Positions 1 to 9,023 of a stretch of DNA of 64,000 nucleotides are shown in pieces. The DNA comes from an uncultured Candidatus Saccharibacteria bacterium (GTDB lineage Bacteria; Patescibacteriota; Minisyncoccia; Phycocordibacterales; WO2-35-19): assembly GCA_964392285.1 (NCBI GenBank), contig CAYMOW010000002.1, positions 1-64,000 of the forward strand, given 5' to 3'. The stretch's first letter is position 1. Each line of letters begins with the position of its first letter. The position numbers were made by a program, and so were the translations under genes. The notes beneath the pieces were generated by a model that saw nothing but the letters and a program-made list of their open reading frames with translations, ran no database searches and had not been told where the DNA came from.

Positions 1-430
1 CGGGCGAATTGCCGACAATCTCGGCCGCCAAAAGATGAGCCGTCCAATTAACGGTTGTGGTCTTGCCTCTGGTACCAGTAATACCAACAATTTGCTGGCT
101 CTGACAATTTTTGAAAAACAAACTTAGCTCATTCTCGATTATTTTGCCCTTAGCCTTGGCTAGCTTGATAAAGGGGCTGTCGATCGGCACGTCTGGGTTG
201 ACCACAATGATCTCGTTTTCCAAGAAATCTTGCTCGCGGTGCTCGCCTAGCACAAACTTTATAGCCGGCAAGTCGCGCAATTTGGCCAGAGAAGGCTCAA
301 GAAATTCCGGAGTCTTCATATCGGTGACTGTGAGCAGAGCTCCCCTTTCGGCCAAAAATCTGGCCGTGGCCACACCGCCACCCAAAATTCCAAGACCCAT
401 CAGCAATACTTTTTTGCCTTTCAAGTCCAT
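1..430 (-). CDS. murD: UDP-N-acetylmuramoylalanine--D-glutamate ligase MurD, N-terminal part (gene runs off the left edge)
   Basis: Minus-strand translation from ATG at 430..428 reads MDLKGKKVLLMGLGILGGGVATARFLAERGA... with the VGITGTRGKTTT P-loop typical of Mur ligases. There is no stop before position 1, so it is missing from the ORF table. Confidence 0.7.
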   Translation of the reverse strand, partial: MDLKGKKVLLMGLGILGGGVATARFLAERGALLTVTDMKTPEFLEPSLAKLRDLPAIKFVLGEHREQDFLENEIIVVNPDVPIDSPFIKLAKAKGKIIENELSLFFKNCQSQQIVGITGTRGKTTTVNWTAHLLAAEIVGNSP

Positions 431-439
431 TGTTACAAA

Positions 440-1957
440 TTATACGCCAGTAATCTTTTCGATCGAAGCACCGATTGAGTTTAGTCGTTCGACCACATCT
501 TCATAACCGCGATTAATCGAATAGACATTGCGGAGGATAGAAACACCGGGCGCGGCGAGCATAGCAATAAGTATGATCATCGCCGGGCGAAGCGCCGGCG
601 GACAAACAAGTTGAGCCGGTTTGAGCGGTGTTGGCCCAGTCACAAAAACTCGGTGCGGGTCGGCAAGGGTGATATTTGCCCCCAACCGATTGAGCTCGGT
701 AAAATAAATCGCCCGATTCTCCCACATCCAATCGTGAATGAGCGTGGTACCCTCGGCTTGCGTAGCGATCGGCACAAAGAAAGGCAGATTGTCTGAGTTG
801 AGCCCAGGGTAAGGCAGCGGATGAATTTTGTCTCGCAGAGATTTGAGCTTAGACGGCAAGAGGCTTAGGTCGACCAATTTGGTTTTACCATTTTTGGCTA
901 AATATTCTTTAGAAGTTTTATATTTGAGACCCATCATCTTGAGCTTTAGCAGTTCGACCGCCAAGAAATCAATCGGACAGCGCAAAATTTTCAGACTAGA
1001 TTTGGTGGTAACCGCCGCCCCAATAAACATCATCGACTCAATCGGATCTTCGCTGTTGTAATACTCGACATTCTGATTTATCTCTTTGAGTCCGTGGACG
1101 CGCAGATTGGTCGTGCCGACACCTTCGATCTCCACTCCCAATTTCTGCAAAAAGAAACAAACTTCTTGGACCTGATAATTGGGCGGCGCAAAATGAATTT
1201 CAGTTACACCCGGCACCAAGGCCGCCATCATGATGGCATTGATCGCGGCTGTATCGCTCGCCTCATACATCACAATTTTAGCTTTGTGGATCTTTGTACT
1301 CGAAACCTCATAGCGCTTTTCGACCGTCTTGATCGAAACTCCAAACTCGGCCAAAGCCGAGCGATGAGCGCCGATAGTTCGTTCGCCCATCTTGCAACCA
1401 CCAGAATGAAGCAAGACAAACTTACCCAAATTGTGCACCAGCGCCGGCAAAAGCATCAAGCTTGAGCGGACATTGGCAACCGACGGGTGAAGCAGACCTT
1501 GCTTGTCAAACTTTTTGGGTGGCTCGATCTCGAGAGTTTGCTTGTCTTGCCACCTGACTTTGACGCCAAGGGCTGTGAGTATCTCGATCATTCGACTAAC
1601 CTCTTCGATCCTCGGAATACCGTGCAGTGTGGTTGTGCCTCGATTGAGAAGCGCGGCAGAGAGGAGCCCCATGGCGCCATTCTTGGAAGGGTTGGTAGTG
1701 ATCGAGCCATGAAGCTTCCGACCGCCCTCGATCCGAAAGTCGATCGAATCAGAGAGCGAAACAATCTTGTGTTCGAGCGCGTCGCCGATGCGCAAGAGTT
1801 CGCTCGCCGTCAGATTTTGCCGACCACTCTCAATTCGCGCAATGGTACTCTGAGCCGTATTGAGCCTCTTTGCGAGCTCTTCTTGAGTAAGGAGCCTCTT
1901 TTCACGCAATCTTTTGATAAATTCACCGATGGCTTTCTGGTTTTGATTGGTTTTCAT
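440..1957 (-). CDS. murA: UDP-N-acetylglucosamine 1-carboxyvinyltransferase MurA with an in-frame N-terminal XRE-type helix-turn-helix domain
   Basis: ORF 440..2230. The real start is most likely ATG at 1957 (MKTNQNQKAIGEFIKRLREKRLLTQEELAKRLNTAQSTIARIESGRQNLTASELLRIGDAL = classic XRE HTH). This is directly followed by the MurA core (KLHGSITTNPSKNGAMGLLSAALL, GGCKMGERTIGAHRSAL, C-terminal NRGYEDVVERL). The 91 codons upstream would overlap the murB start region. Confidence 0.8.
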   Translation of the reverse strand: MKTNQNQKAIGEFIKRLREKRLLTQEELAKRLNTAQSTIARIESGRQNLTASELLRIGDALEHKIVSLSDSIDFRIEGGRKLHGSITTNPSKNGAMGLLSAALLNRGTTTLHGIPRIEEVSRMIEILTALGVKVRWQDKQTLEIEPPKKFDKQGLLHPSVANVRSSLMLLPALVHNLGKFVLLHSGGCKMGERTIGAHRSALAEFGVSIKTVEKRYEVSSTKIHKAKIVMYEASDTAAINAIMMAALVPGVTEIHFAPPNYQVQEVCFFLQKLGVEIEGVGTTNLRVHGLKEINQNVEYYNSEDPIESMMFIGAAVTTKSSLKILRCPIDFLAVELLKLKMMGLKYKTSKEYLAKNGKTKLVDLSLLPSKLKSLRDKIHPLPYPGLNSDNLPFFVPIATQAEGTTLIHDWMWENRAIYFTELNRLGANITLADPHRVFVTGPTPLKPAQLVCPPALRPAMIILIAMLAAPGVSILRNVYSINRGYEDVVERLNSIGASIEKITGV

Positions 1958-1991
1958 ACTAGCAATATAGCATATGTGATATAATAAATAT

Positions 1992-3023
1992 ATGATGTAT
2001 GTGGAAAGCGAAGCTCTAATCCCCAACTCCTTTGCGCTAAAATCAAAGGCTAGGTTTTTGCTCCAAATTAAAACCAAAGCAGACGTTCTCGACGCCGACC
2101 GTTTGGCCAAAGAAAAGAAGTTGCCTCTCCTCACCTTGGGCTCAGGCACCAACGTAATCCTACCCGAATATATTGAGGCCATAGTCGCCCTAACCAAAAC
2201 AAAAGGCCTAAAAACAAAAGACCTCCACATCGAGGTTCAGGCTGGTGAGGAGTGGGACAGGGTGGTTGGGTTTGCAGTCGAGAATAATCTTTCGGGTCTT
2301 GAAGCACTTTCGTCTATCCCTGGCAAAGCTGGCTCAGCTCCAATCCAAAACATTGGCGCTTACGGCACAGAAATTGGAGACGCTCTTGTCTCCGTCGAAG
2401 CCTACGACACCTCAAAAAAAGATTTTGTGGTTATCAGAAAAAAGGATTGCGGTTTTAGCTATCGCGACAGCCTTTTCAAAAGAAACCCCAACCGATTTAT
2501 AATTACCTCGCTTATCCTAGAGCTCTCCAAAGAATCTCCAAGTATCCCCAATTACAAAGATGTCCAAAGTTATTTCGCCAAAAGGGAGAATCCAAAACCC
2601 AAACTCAAAGAAATACGGGAGGCGATTATAGAAATAAGACAAAACAAATTGCCCGATTATCACCAAATTCCCAACTGCGGCTCATTCTTCAAAAATCCAA
2701 TCATCGAAACCAAACTGGCCCAAAAAATAAAACAAGACTTCCCCGACCTGCCAATATATACCCCAAACCTCCCAACGTCCGACGTTGGGAGATCGAAAAC
2801 TTCAAACAAAGTCAAAATTCCGGCTGGCTACCTAATCGAAAAAGCTGGTCTCAAAGGCGCAAACATAGACAACATAGTCGTTTATGAGCGCAACGCTCTT
2901 GTCCTCACTAACCCCTTTGGTGCTTCCTTTGCCAACCTAGTGTCAGCCAAAAACAAAATCCAAAAAATTGTCTTCCAAAAATTCGGTGTCCTGCTCGAGC
3001 CGGAAGTAAATATAAGAATATAA
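1992..3023 (+). CDS. murB: UDP-N-acetylenolpyruvoylglucosamine reductase MurB
   Basis: FAD-binding-domain motifs LGSGTNVI and the MurB C-terminal signature NCGSFFKNP; divergent from murA with a 34-bp shared intergenic region. Confidence 0.85.
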   Translation: MMYVESEALIPNSFALKSKARFLLQIKTKADVLDADRLAKEKKLPLLTLGSGTNVILPEYIEAIVALTKTKGLKTKDLHIEVQAGEEWDRVVGFAVENNLSGLEALSSIPGKAGSAPIQNIGAYGTEIGDALVSVEAYDTSKKDFVVIRKKDCGFSYRDSLFKRNPNRFIITSLILELSKESPSIPNYKDVQSYFAKRENPKPKLKEIREAIIEIRQNKLPDYHQIPNCGSFFKNPIIETKLAQKIKQDFPDLPIYTPNLPTSDVGRSKTSNKVKIPAGYLIEKAGLKGANIDNIVVYERNALVLTNPFGASFANLVSAKNKIQKIVFQKFGVLLEPEVNIRI

Positions 3024-3068
3024 AAAAGTGGGAGCCCTCCGCCGAGCTCCCACCGACGGCCTCTCCCA

Positions 3069-3302
3069 TCAAACGTTGAGACCGAATTCACACCTAAGGA
3101 AATCAGCCCCCTCCTGCTTCCCGGCAAAAAAGATTACCTCCTCCTCGCGAACGATCGCGGCTGCGATCAGGTTAGAGAATAGACCCTCAAACACCAGGGT
3201 GACGTTATCGTCACCTAGTAACACCCCCTGGTATTTCAAGGGTTCTCCGTAGAGACTCCTTCTGGCGATGATATCATCGCCAGAAACAGATATCGAAGTC
3301 AT
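3069..3302 (-). CDS. hypothetical small protein (77 aa)
   Basis: ORF with a strong Shine-Dalgarno (AAGGAGGTG) about 5 nt upstream of the ATG at 3302, lying in the murB-murC spacer. I recognise no domain. Confidence 0.4.
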   Translation of the reverse strand: MTSISVSGDDIIARRSLYGEPLKYQGVLLGDDNVTLVFEGLFSNLIAAAIVREEEVIFFAGKQEGADFLRCEFGLNV

Positions 3303-3342
3303 GTCTCACCTCCTTTTTCTTTTATACCATATATGAGATAAT

Positions 3343-4722
3343 TTGAAAACAATGATTCTGGATAAAAATAATTACCACTTTATAGGCATCGGGGGGATTG
3401 GGATTTCGGCCATTGCCCAAATGCTTTTAAGGCAAGGCAAAAAGGTCAGCGGGTCGGACCAAGCAAGGTCGGAAATTACTGATGATTTGGAAAAGCTTGG
3501 CGCCAAAATATTTATTGGTCACAAAGCCGAAAATATTACCAAGGATGTAGAAGCAGTAATTTATACCATCGCTATCCCCGACTCTAATCCCGAGATGCAA
3601 GAAGCTAGAAATAGAGTTTTCGAGACAAAATCAGCCGTAGAGCGAACATCCACAGCGAAGCGAGGACAAGAGAGCGGAACGGCTGATTTTGTCGAGAAAC
3701 CCATCATTATTGCTTCCTACCCCGAAGCGCTTGGGGAACTTTCGAAACAAAAATACACTATCGCCATTTCTGGCACTCACGGCAAAACCACGACTACAGC
3801 AATGATCGGACATATTTTGCAAAAAGCTGGTCTCGAACCAACAATTGTTGTTGGTTCGAAAATGCTCTCCGAGAACGAAAACAAAGAGAGCAATTTTTAT
3901 GGCGGGGCAGGTAAATATTTGGTAGTCGAGGCTTGCGAGTATCGACGTTCTTTTCTCAATCTTTCGCCCCAAATTCTTGTGATTACAAACATCGAAGCAG
4001 ACCACCTCGATTACTATAAAGATCTGGCCGATATCGAGAGCGCTTTCGACGAACTCAAAGCCAAAGTGCCAAAAGACGGGCAAATCATCACCGAAGCTGA
4101 ATACGAAAAGGTAGAGATAAAGAAGGAGGATCTGCTTATCCCCGGCAAGCACAATATCAAAAACGCCCAAGCCGCCGTGAAGGCCGCCGAAGCAATCGGT
4201 ATATCCGCAGAAGAAGCCAAGGAATATCTCAAGAGTTTTCGGGGTACTTGGCGTCGACTCGAATATAAAGGTACAAAACAATCACCTGATCTGAAAATTG
4301 AAAATATTTTTTACGACGACTATGCTCATCATCCGAGCGAAATCAAGGCTTCCCTTTTGGCCTTGCGCGAGAGATATCCAGAGCACCACCTCATCGCCAT
4401 CTTCGAACCACACCAACAAAGTCGGACCAAACTACTCTTTGATGATTTTGTCTCATCGCTCTCTTTGGCTGACCTAGTCTTCATTGCACCAATCTACAAG
4501 GCGCGCGAGACACCCGACCCCACCATCTCCAACCAAATCTTGGCCGAAGCAGTCAACAAATTTAAGCCGAGTATGGCAGTGGAGGGCGTAGAAGAATTGA
4601 AAGAGAAACTATCACCCCCTAACCCCCTCTTGTATCAAGAGGGGGGACCAGACACAAAAACTTGTATCGTCCTAATGGGCGCAGGTGATATCTACAAATG
4701 GACACCTGCTCTCCTTGCCTAA
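3343..4722 (+). CDS. murC: UDP-N-acetylmuramate--L-alanine ligase MurC
   Basis: HFIGIGGIGISAIAQMLLRQGKKVSGSD N-terminus, IAISGTHGKTTTTAMIGHIL P-loop and a C-terminal Mur ligase domain; contains a roughly 30-aa insertion (KSAVERTSTAKRGQESGTADFVEK). Confidence 0.9.
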   Translation: MKTMILDKNNYHFIGIGGIGISAIAQMLLRQGKKVSGSDQARSEITDDLEKLGAKIFIGHKAENITKDVEAVIYTIAIPDSNPEMQEARNRVFETKSAVERTSTAKRGQESGTADFVEKPIIIASYPEALGELSKQKYTIAISGTHGKTTTTAMIGHILQKAGLEPTIVVGSKMLSENENKESNFYGGAGKYLVVEACEYRRSFLNLSPQILVITNIEADHLDYYKDLADIESAFDELKAKVPKDGQIITEAEYEKVEIKKEDLLIPGKHNIKNAQAAVKAAEAIGISAEEAKEYLKSFRGTWRRLEYKGTKQSPDLKIENIFYDDYAHHPSEIKASLLALRERYPEHHLIAIFEPHQQSRTKLLFDDFVSSLSLADLVFIAPIYKARETPDPTISNQILAEAVNKFKPSMAVEGVEELKEKLSPPNPLLYQEGGPDTKTCIVLMGAGDIYKWTPALLA

Positions 4723-4728
4723 CCAAAA

Positions 4729-4744
4729 TTTCGCGGCCGCGAAA
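4729..4744. terminator. GC palindrome TTTCGCGGCCGCGAAA immediately after murC
   Basis: Perfect inverted repeat directly downstream of the murC stop; flanked by A/T runs. Confidence 0.4.
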
Positions 4745-4777
4745 AAATGGTTGATTCAAAAATTTAAAATATTAATG

Positions 4778-4811
4778 CTCAACTAGTTGACCGATCGGTC
4801 AGCTAGTTGAG
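4778..4811. repeat. 34-nt near-perfect palindrome CTCAACTAGTTGACCGATCGGTCAGCTAGTTGAG
   Basis: Read directly from the sequence; one mismatch from perfect dyad symmetry. Sits in a 450-bp hairpin-rich non-coding stretch (further hairpins at 4829..4855 and 4884..4913). Confidence 0.5.
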
Positions 4812-5174
4812 ATTTACACAAACAAATTGTGCGTGGCGATACTTCTGCCACGCACGTTACGGATTGATCTGTTCTTGTTTTTTCCGCCCGCAGATCACCT
4901 CTGCGAGGCGGGCAAAAAAGTATGGCACGGCCATTAGGCCGAGCCAAAAACCGATAGCGAGTGAGGTTTTGAACCTCACTTGTTCCCCCTTCCCCAACCC
5001 CTCTTGGGGTCGGAAAGAAAACTCAAAAAAAGCGCGGTGATCGCAACAACCGTAGGGATCACCGACGGAAAAACCAGCTGAAGAATCTTTCTCATCTAAA
5101 AACCATTATTGCATAAAAGGCCTAAAAGACAAAATGTGGAAAAAAAGGATAAGTTTTGGTAGACTCTTAGGAGC

Positions 5175-5257
5175 GCGTCGGTGGTAGAGTGGTCAATTAC
5201 AACAGACTGTAAATCTGTCGGCTTCGGCCTACGCAGGTTCGAATCCTGCCCGGCGCA
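5175..5257 (+). tRNA. tRNA-Tyr (anticodon GTA), long variable arm
   Basis: Folded by hand: acceptor GCGTCGG/CCGGCGC, D-arm GTAG-AGTGGTCAA-TTAC, anticodon stem ACAGA/TCTGT with loop CTGTAAA, variable arm CGGCTTCGGCCTAC, T-arm GCAGG-TTCGAAT-CCTGC. CCA is not encoded. Confidence 0.85.
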
Positions 5258-5261
5258 CAAG

Positions 5262-5290
5262 AAAAAATCCGCACCTGCGGATTTTTTTGT
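5262..5290 (+). terminator. rho-independent terminator after tRNA-Tyr
   Basis: AAAAAATCCGCACCTGCGGATTTTTTTGT: hairpin plus T-run. Confidence 0.6.
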
Positions 5291-5443
5291 GCGTCGGGAG
5301 GAAAAGCGTGGGACGCTTTTCCGTCAGGATTCGAACGACGGAGCGGGACCCACTTTAGCAAAAGTGGGAGCGAGTCGGTGCCCAGACCAAAAATTTGTGG
5401 CTGACAAATTTTTGAGTCGAGGGAGAAATTCCTGCCCGGCGCA
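5291..5443 (+). ncRNA. tRNA-Tyr-derived / tRNA-like structured element (unknown identity)
   Basis: Begins with the same GCGTCGG as the tRNA-Tyr 5' acceptor strand and ends with TCCTGCCCGGCGCACA, identical to the tRNA-Tyr 3' T-stem plus acceptor. The interior has no D or anticodon arm but four strong hairpins (GGAAAAGCG-TGGGA-CGCTTTTCC; CCGTC-AGGATTCGAAC-GACGG; CCCACTTT-AGCA-AAAGTGGG; CAAAAATTTGT-GGCTG-ACAAATTTTTG). Confidence 0.3.
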
Positions 5444-5448
5444 CAGAG

Positions 5449-8139
5449 TTATTCAACACTGACTGGTGTAGTTAGGATCGAGGGTTCGATGATTGCGCCG
5501 CGGCGGCCTTTTTTGATATCGAAACAAAGCTCACCATTTTTGAGTGCAATATGCACAAAGCCACCCTTCATAATCGACTTCCCGATGATAAGCGAGGCAA
5601 TTGGATTTAGAATCTTGTTCTGGATCAAGCGCTTCAGCGGTCTGGCACCATATTGCGGGTTGTAACCTTCGCGAGCCAAATAATCGAGTGCTTCTTCGGT
5701 AATATCGATGTCTATTTCCTTAACCGAAAGTCTTTCGCGCACCAAACCGATTTGGATTTTAACGATTTCTCTGATGGCCGATCTTGGCAAAACATCAAAG
5801 ACCACAATATCGTCTAGACGATTGAGGAATTCTGGACTGAAGTGATCTTTGAGCGCTTCGAGGACCTTGTCTTTGACATTGTCATAGGAAGTATTTTCCT
5901 CACCGCTGCGTTCGCCAAAGCCCATCTTCTCCATCTTTTCGATGTATTGAGCACCGATGTTCGAAGTCATAATGATGATGGTATTTTTGAAGTTGACGGT
6001 TCGGCCCTTCGAATCGGTCAGACGACCATTGTCGAGCACTTGCAAAAGCACATTAAAGACTTCCGGATGCGCCTTCTCGATCTCGTCAAAAAGCACTATC
6101 GAGTATGGCCGATGACGCACAGACTCGGTCAAACCACCGGCATCATCGAAGCCAACATAGCCCGGAGGCGCACCAATCAGTTTGGAGACAGAGTGCTTCT
6201 CCATAAATTCAGACATATCGACTCGGATCAAAGCCTTTTCGTCGTTAAACATAAATTCAGCCAGAGCTTTGGTCAGCTCGGTCTTGCCGACTCCGGTCGG
6301 ACCAAGAAAGATAAAGCTGCCGATTGGCTTGTTCGGATCTGAAATGCCAGCACGCGAGCGCTTGATGGTATCGGAAATTTTTTGGACCGCCTCGTCTTGG
6401 CCGACAATACGCTTTTTGAGCTCGGCTTCCATTCGGCCAAGCTTTTCGGCCTCCTCTTCGAGCATGCGCGAAACCGGAATACCAGTCCATTTGGCCACAA
6501 TTTCGGCAATGTCGTTCTCGGTAATTTCTTCGCGCAAAATCTGACGTGAGCTTTGCAACTTTTTGAGCTTCTTGACTTGAGCCTCGAGCTCTTTCTGCAA
6601 CTCCGGAAGTTTGCCATAACGGATCTCGGCGGCACGAGCCAAGTCGGCCACCGCTTCGGCTGATTCGGCATTGAGACGCTCTTGCTCGAGCTCCTTCTTT
6701 AGACGTTTGATTTCGGTGACCGTCTCCTTTTCGTTCTTCCATTTGAGGTCAAGCTCGCTGGTTTCTTCGCGCATATCGGCGATTGCTTTTTCTATCTCTT
6801 GCAAACGCTTTTTGGCCTTGGCATTCTTGCCTTCAGCCTCTTTCTTTAGAGCCTCTCTTTCAATTTCGAGTTTGATGATTTTGGCATTGGTTTCGGCAAG
6901 CGCCGGAGGCATATTTTCAAGTGAAATTTTGAGATGCGAAGCCGCCTCATCGATCAGATCGACAGCCTTGTCGGGCAAAAAGCGGTCAGTAATATAACGC
7001 GAAGAAAGATTGACCGCTGATTTTATAGCATCATCAGTAATGTGCACGCCGTGGTAAAGCTCATATTTTTCTTTGAGTCCGCGCAAAATGGTTGTGGCAT
7101 CATCGATTGAAGGTTCTGACACATAAACCGGCTGGAATCTGCGAGTCAGCGCTGGGTCCTTCTCGATGTGCTTTTGGTATTCTTTGAGCGTTGTTGCACC
7201 GATAGCCCGAAGCTCACCGCGCGCCAAAGCCGGCTTGAGCATATTGGAAGCATCGAGCGAACCCTCGGCACTGCCAGCGCCGACTATGGTGTGGATCTCG
7301 TCGATAAAAAGAATTATTTTGCCTTCGGACTTTTCGATTTCTTTTATAATATTCTTCAATCTTTCCTCAAACTCACCACGATATTTGGTACCCGCCACCA
7401 AAAGCCCCAGATCTAGAGAGACTAGCTCTTTTTCACGCAACGATTCGGGCACATTGCCAGAAGCAATACGCATAGCCAAACCTTCGGCAATCGCTGTTTT
7501 GCCGACACCGGCTTCGCCGATTAGGATCGGATTGTTTTTGGTCCGACGACTAAGGATCTGAATAACCCGAGCAATCTCGTCTTCCCTACCAATGACCGGA
7601 TCGAGCTTGTTTTCTTTGGCCAAGGTTGTGAGCGAACGAGTGAATTTGGAGATAGCTTTGTTCTTTTGGTTGGGTTTGCTTTCGAAAACTCGGCCTTGCT
7701 TGATTTCTTGGATCAGAAATCTGACCTTCTCCTTCTCAATTTTAAATCTGGCCAAGATATCTTTGGCCGGACTCGGTATCTCAAGACAAGCCAAGAACAA
7801 ATGTTCGGTCGAAACAAATTCATCACCCATTGAAGAAGCGATCTTGGCTGAATCTTCTATGATCCGAGCTAGTTCTGGCAAAAGATAAATCTGATAGGAA
7901 GGCGAGATGGTGTTGCTCGAAGAGCCAGGCTCGATTGCTTCGAGCAAGGAATCAGTCAGGAGTATGGTATCAACCTCCATCCGATCAAGAATCGAAATAA
8001 CCATCGACTCTTCTTGAAGCAGGAGCGCGGTCAAAAGATGCAGAGGCCCAACGTGGTTTTGGCCACGCTCAATTACCAATTCGTGCGACTTACGAATGAC
8101 TTCTTTGGCTTTGGTTGTAAAGTTGTTGAACGGAGGCAT
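5449..8139 (-). CDS. clpB: ATP-dependent chaperone ClpB
   Basis: 896 aa with a Clp N-domain, two AAA+ modules ([19 protein letters not shown] Walker A motifs) and a long coiled-coil middle domain. Confidence 0.9.
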   Translation of the reverse strand: MPPFNNFTTKAKEVIRKSHELVIERGQNHVGPLHLLTALLLQEESMVISILDRMEVDTILLTDSLLEAIEPGSSSNTISPSYQIYLLPELARIIEDSAKIASSMGDEFVSTEHLFLACLEIPSPAKDILARFKIEKEKVRFLIQEIKQGRVFESKPNQKNKAISKFTRSLTTLAKENKLDPVIGREDEIARVIQILSRRTKNNPILIGEAGVGKTAIAEGLAMRIASGNVPESLREKELVSLDLGLLVAGTKYRGEFEERLKNIIKEIEKSEGKIILFIDEIHTIVGAGSAEGSLDASNMLKPALARGELRAIGATTLKEYQKHIEKDPALTRRFQPVYVSEPSIDDATTILRGLKEKYELYHGVHITDDAIKSAVNLSSRYITDRFLPDKAVDLIDEAASHLKISLENMPPALAETNAKIIKLEIEREALKKEAEGKNAKAKKRLQEIEKAIADMREETSELDLKWKNEKETVTEIKRLKKELEQERLNAESAEAVADLARAAEIRYGKLPELQKELEAQVKKLKKLQSSRQILREEITENDIAEIVAKWTGIPVSRMLEEEAEKLGRMEAELKKRIVGQDEAVQKISDTIKRSRAGISDPNKPIGSFIFLGPTGVGKTELTKALAEFMFNDEKALIRVDMSEFMEKHSVSKLIGAPPGYVGFDDAGGLTESVRHRPYSIVLFDEIEKAHPEVFNVLLQVLDNGRLTDSKGRTVNFKNTIIIMTSNIGAQYIEKMEKMGFGERSGEENTSYDNVKDKVLEALKDHFSPEFLNRLDDIVVFDVLPRSAIREIVKIQIGLVRERLSVKEIDIDITEEALDYLAREGYNPQYGARPLKRLIQNKILNPIASLIIGKSIMKGGFVHIALKNGELCFDIKKGRRGAIIEPSILTTPVSVE

Positions 8140-8199
8140 AAAATTGCAAATAAATTAAAAAACTTCTTCCCATCAAAGTCAAATTATAGCAGAAAAGGC

Positions 8200-9009
8200 T
8201 TATTTGGCAAGTTCCGCTACGGCAGTTTTTATGGCCTTTTGCAAATTCGAAATTGGGTTGTAGCTCGCCATTTGGGCTGACTCGGCGGGCTCGGCTTCGA
8301 GCCCGACGATTTCGCCCTTGAGATTGAGAATTGGGCTACCAGGCTGGACTCGGCCAAAGCGAATATCGGTAGCAATTTTTTGGACCTCGCCTTGGGCTGT
8401 CTTTTCGAGGTCGGCGACTCGGCCGGTCAAAACGGTGTTTCTTTCTCTGCCACCGACCGCGATCACCGTCTGGCCAAGCTTGAGGATTGAGGGATTGCCC
8501 AAAACAGCTGGATAAAACTGATATTTGTCGCTAGCAGTTTTGCCGATCTTGAGAAAAACAAAACCGGAGGTCTGATCTTTGTAATTTTTGGAAATCGAAT
8601 AAACTGCCCCATCGTGAAAAACCGCCGAATAGTTGCCCGAGCCAAAACTGCGTTCGTCGACTGCAATAACACCACCTTGGTCAACCACGATACCGAAGCC
8701 GGTCATAATTTCGCTGCCATCGGCGCCGAGAGTCTTGAGACGCACAATCGAACGAGCATTGCTTTCGATCGATTGCATAATCAGATCTTCTTCGCTGACA
8801 ACAGTGGTGATCTCTTTGACCGTCTCGCCCGTGCCGGGCTCGCTGACCACCTTTTCGATTGTGCGTTCAACAACCCGATTGATATTTTGGGTTACGGCGA
8901 TCGGCGCTTCTTGAAGCAGAGTAAAAGTAATGATGCCGGTCGCAATCGATGTCACAAAACTCACAAGCAATGTGAGCAAAATTAGTTGTTGTTTGTTGAG
9001 ATCTTCCAT
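8200..9009 (-). CDS. membrane-anchored trypsin-like (S1/HtrA-like) serine protease without a PDZ domain
   Basis: N-terminal TM helix, then a chymotrypsin fold with G-S-P-I-L around the putative catalytic Ser (QPGSPILNLKGEIVG) and the FGIVVDQGGVIAV region. Confidence 0.55.
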   Translation of the reverse strand: MEDLNKQQLILLTLLVSFVTSIATGIITFTLLQEAPIAVTQNINRVVERTIEKVVSEPGTGETVKEITTVVSEEDLIMQSIESNARSIVRLKTLGADGSEIMTGFGIVVDQGGVIAVDERSFGSGNYSAVFHDGAVYSISKNYKDQTSGFVFLKIGKTASDKYQFYPAVLGNPSILKLGQTVIAVGGRERNTVLTGRVADLEKTAQGEVQKIATDIRFGRVQPGSPILNLKGEIVGLEAEPAESAQMASYNPISNLQKAIKTAVAELAK

Positions 9010-9023
9010 TGTCGTAAATTATA

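Noticed and set aside
111-506. 131-aa plus-strand ORF at the left edge
   Set aside because: It lies antisense to the clearly real murD (minus-strand MDLKGKKVLLMGLG...GKTTT), which has no stop within the window and is therefore absent from the ORF table. The ORF has a low-complexity S/T/P composition.
1487-1984. 165-aa and 69-aa plus-strand ORFs inside murA
   Set aside because: They are antisense to a strongly supported MurA reading frame.
5291-5443. Interpretation of the tRNA-like element as a bona fide tmRNA
   Set aside because: At about 153 nt it is too short for a one-piece tmRNA. It has no recognisable tag-peptide reading frame and no canonical T-arm. It is retained only as an unknown structured element.
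5181-5462. 93-aa ORF MVEWSITTDCKSVGFGLRRFESCPAHKKK...
   Set aside because: It reads straight through tRNA-Tyr, its terminator and the tRNA-like element. RRFESCPAH is the translation of the T-arm/acceptor (GGTTCGAATCCTGCCCGGCGCAC).
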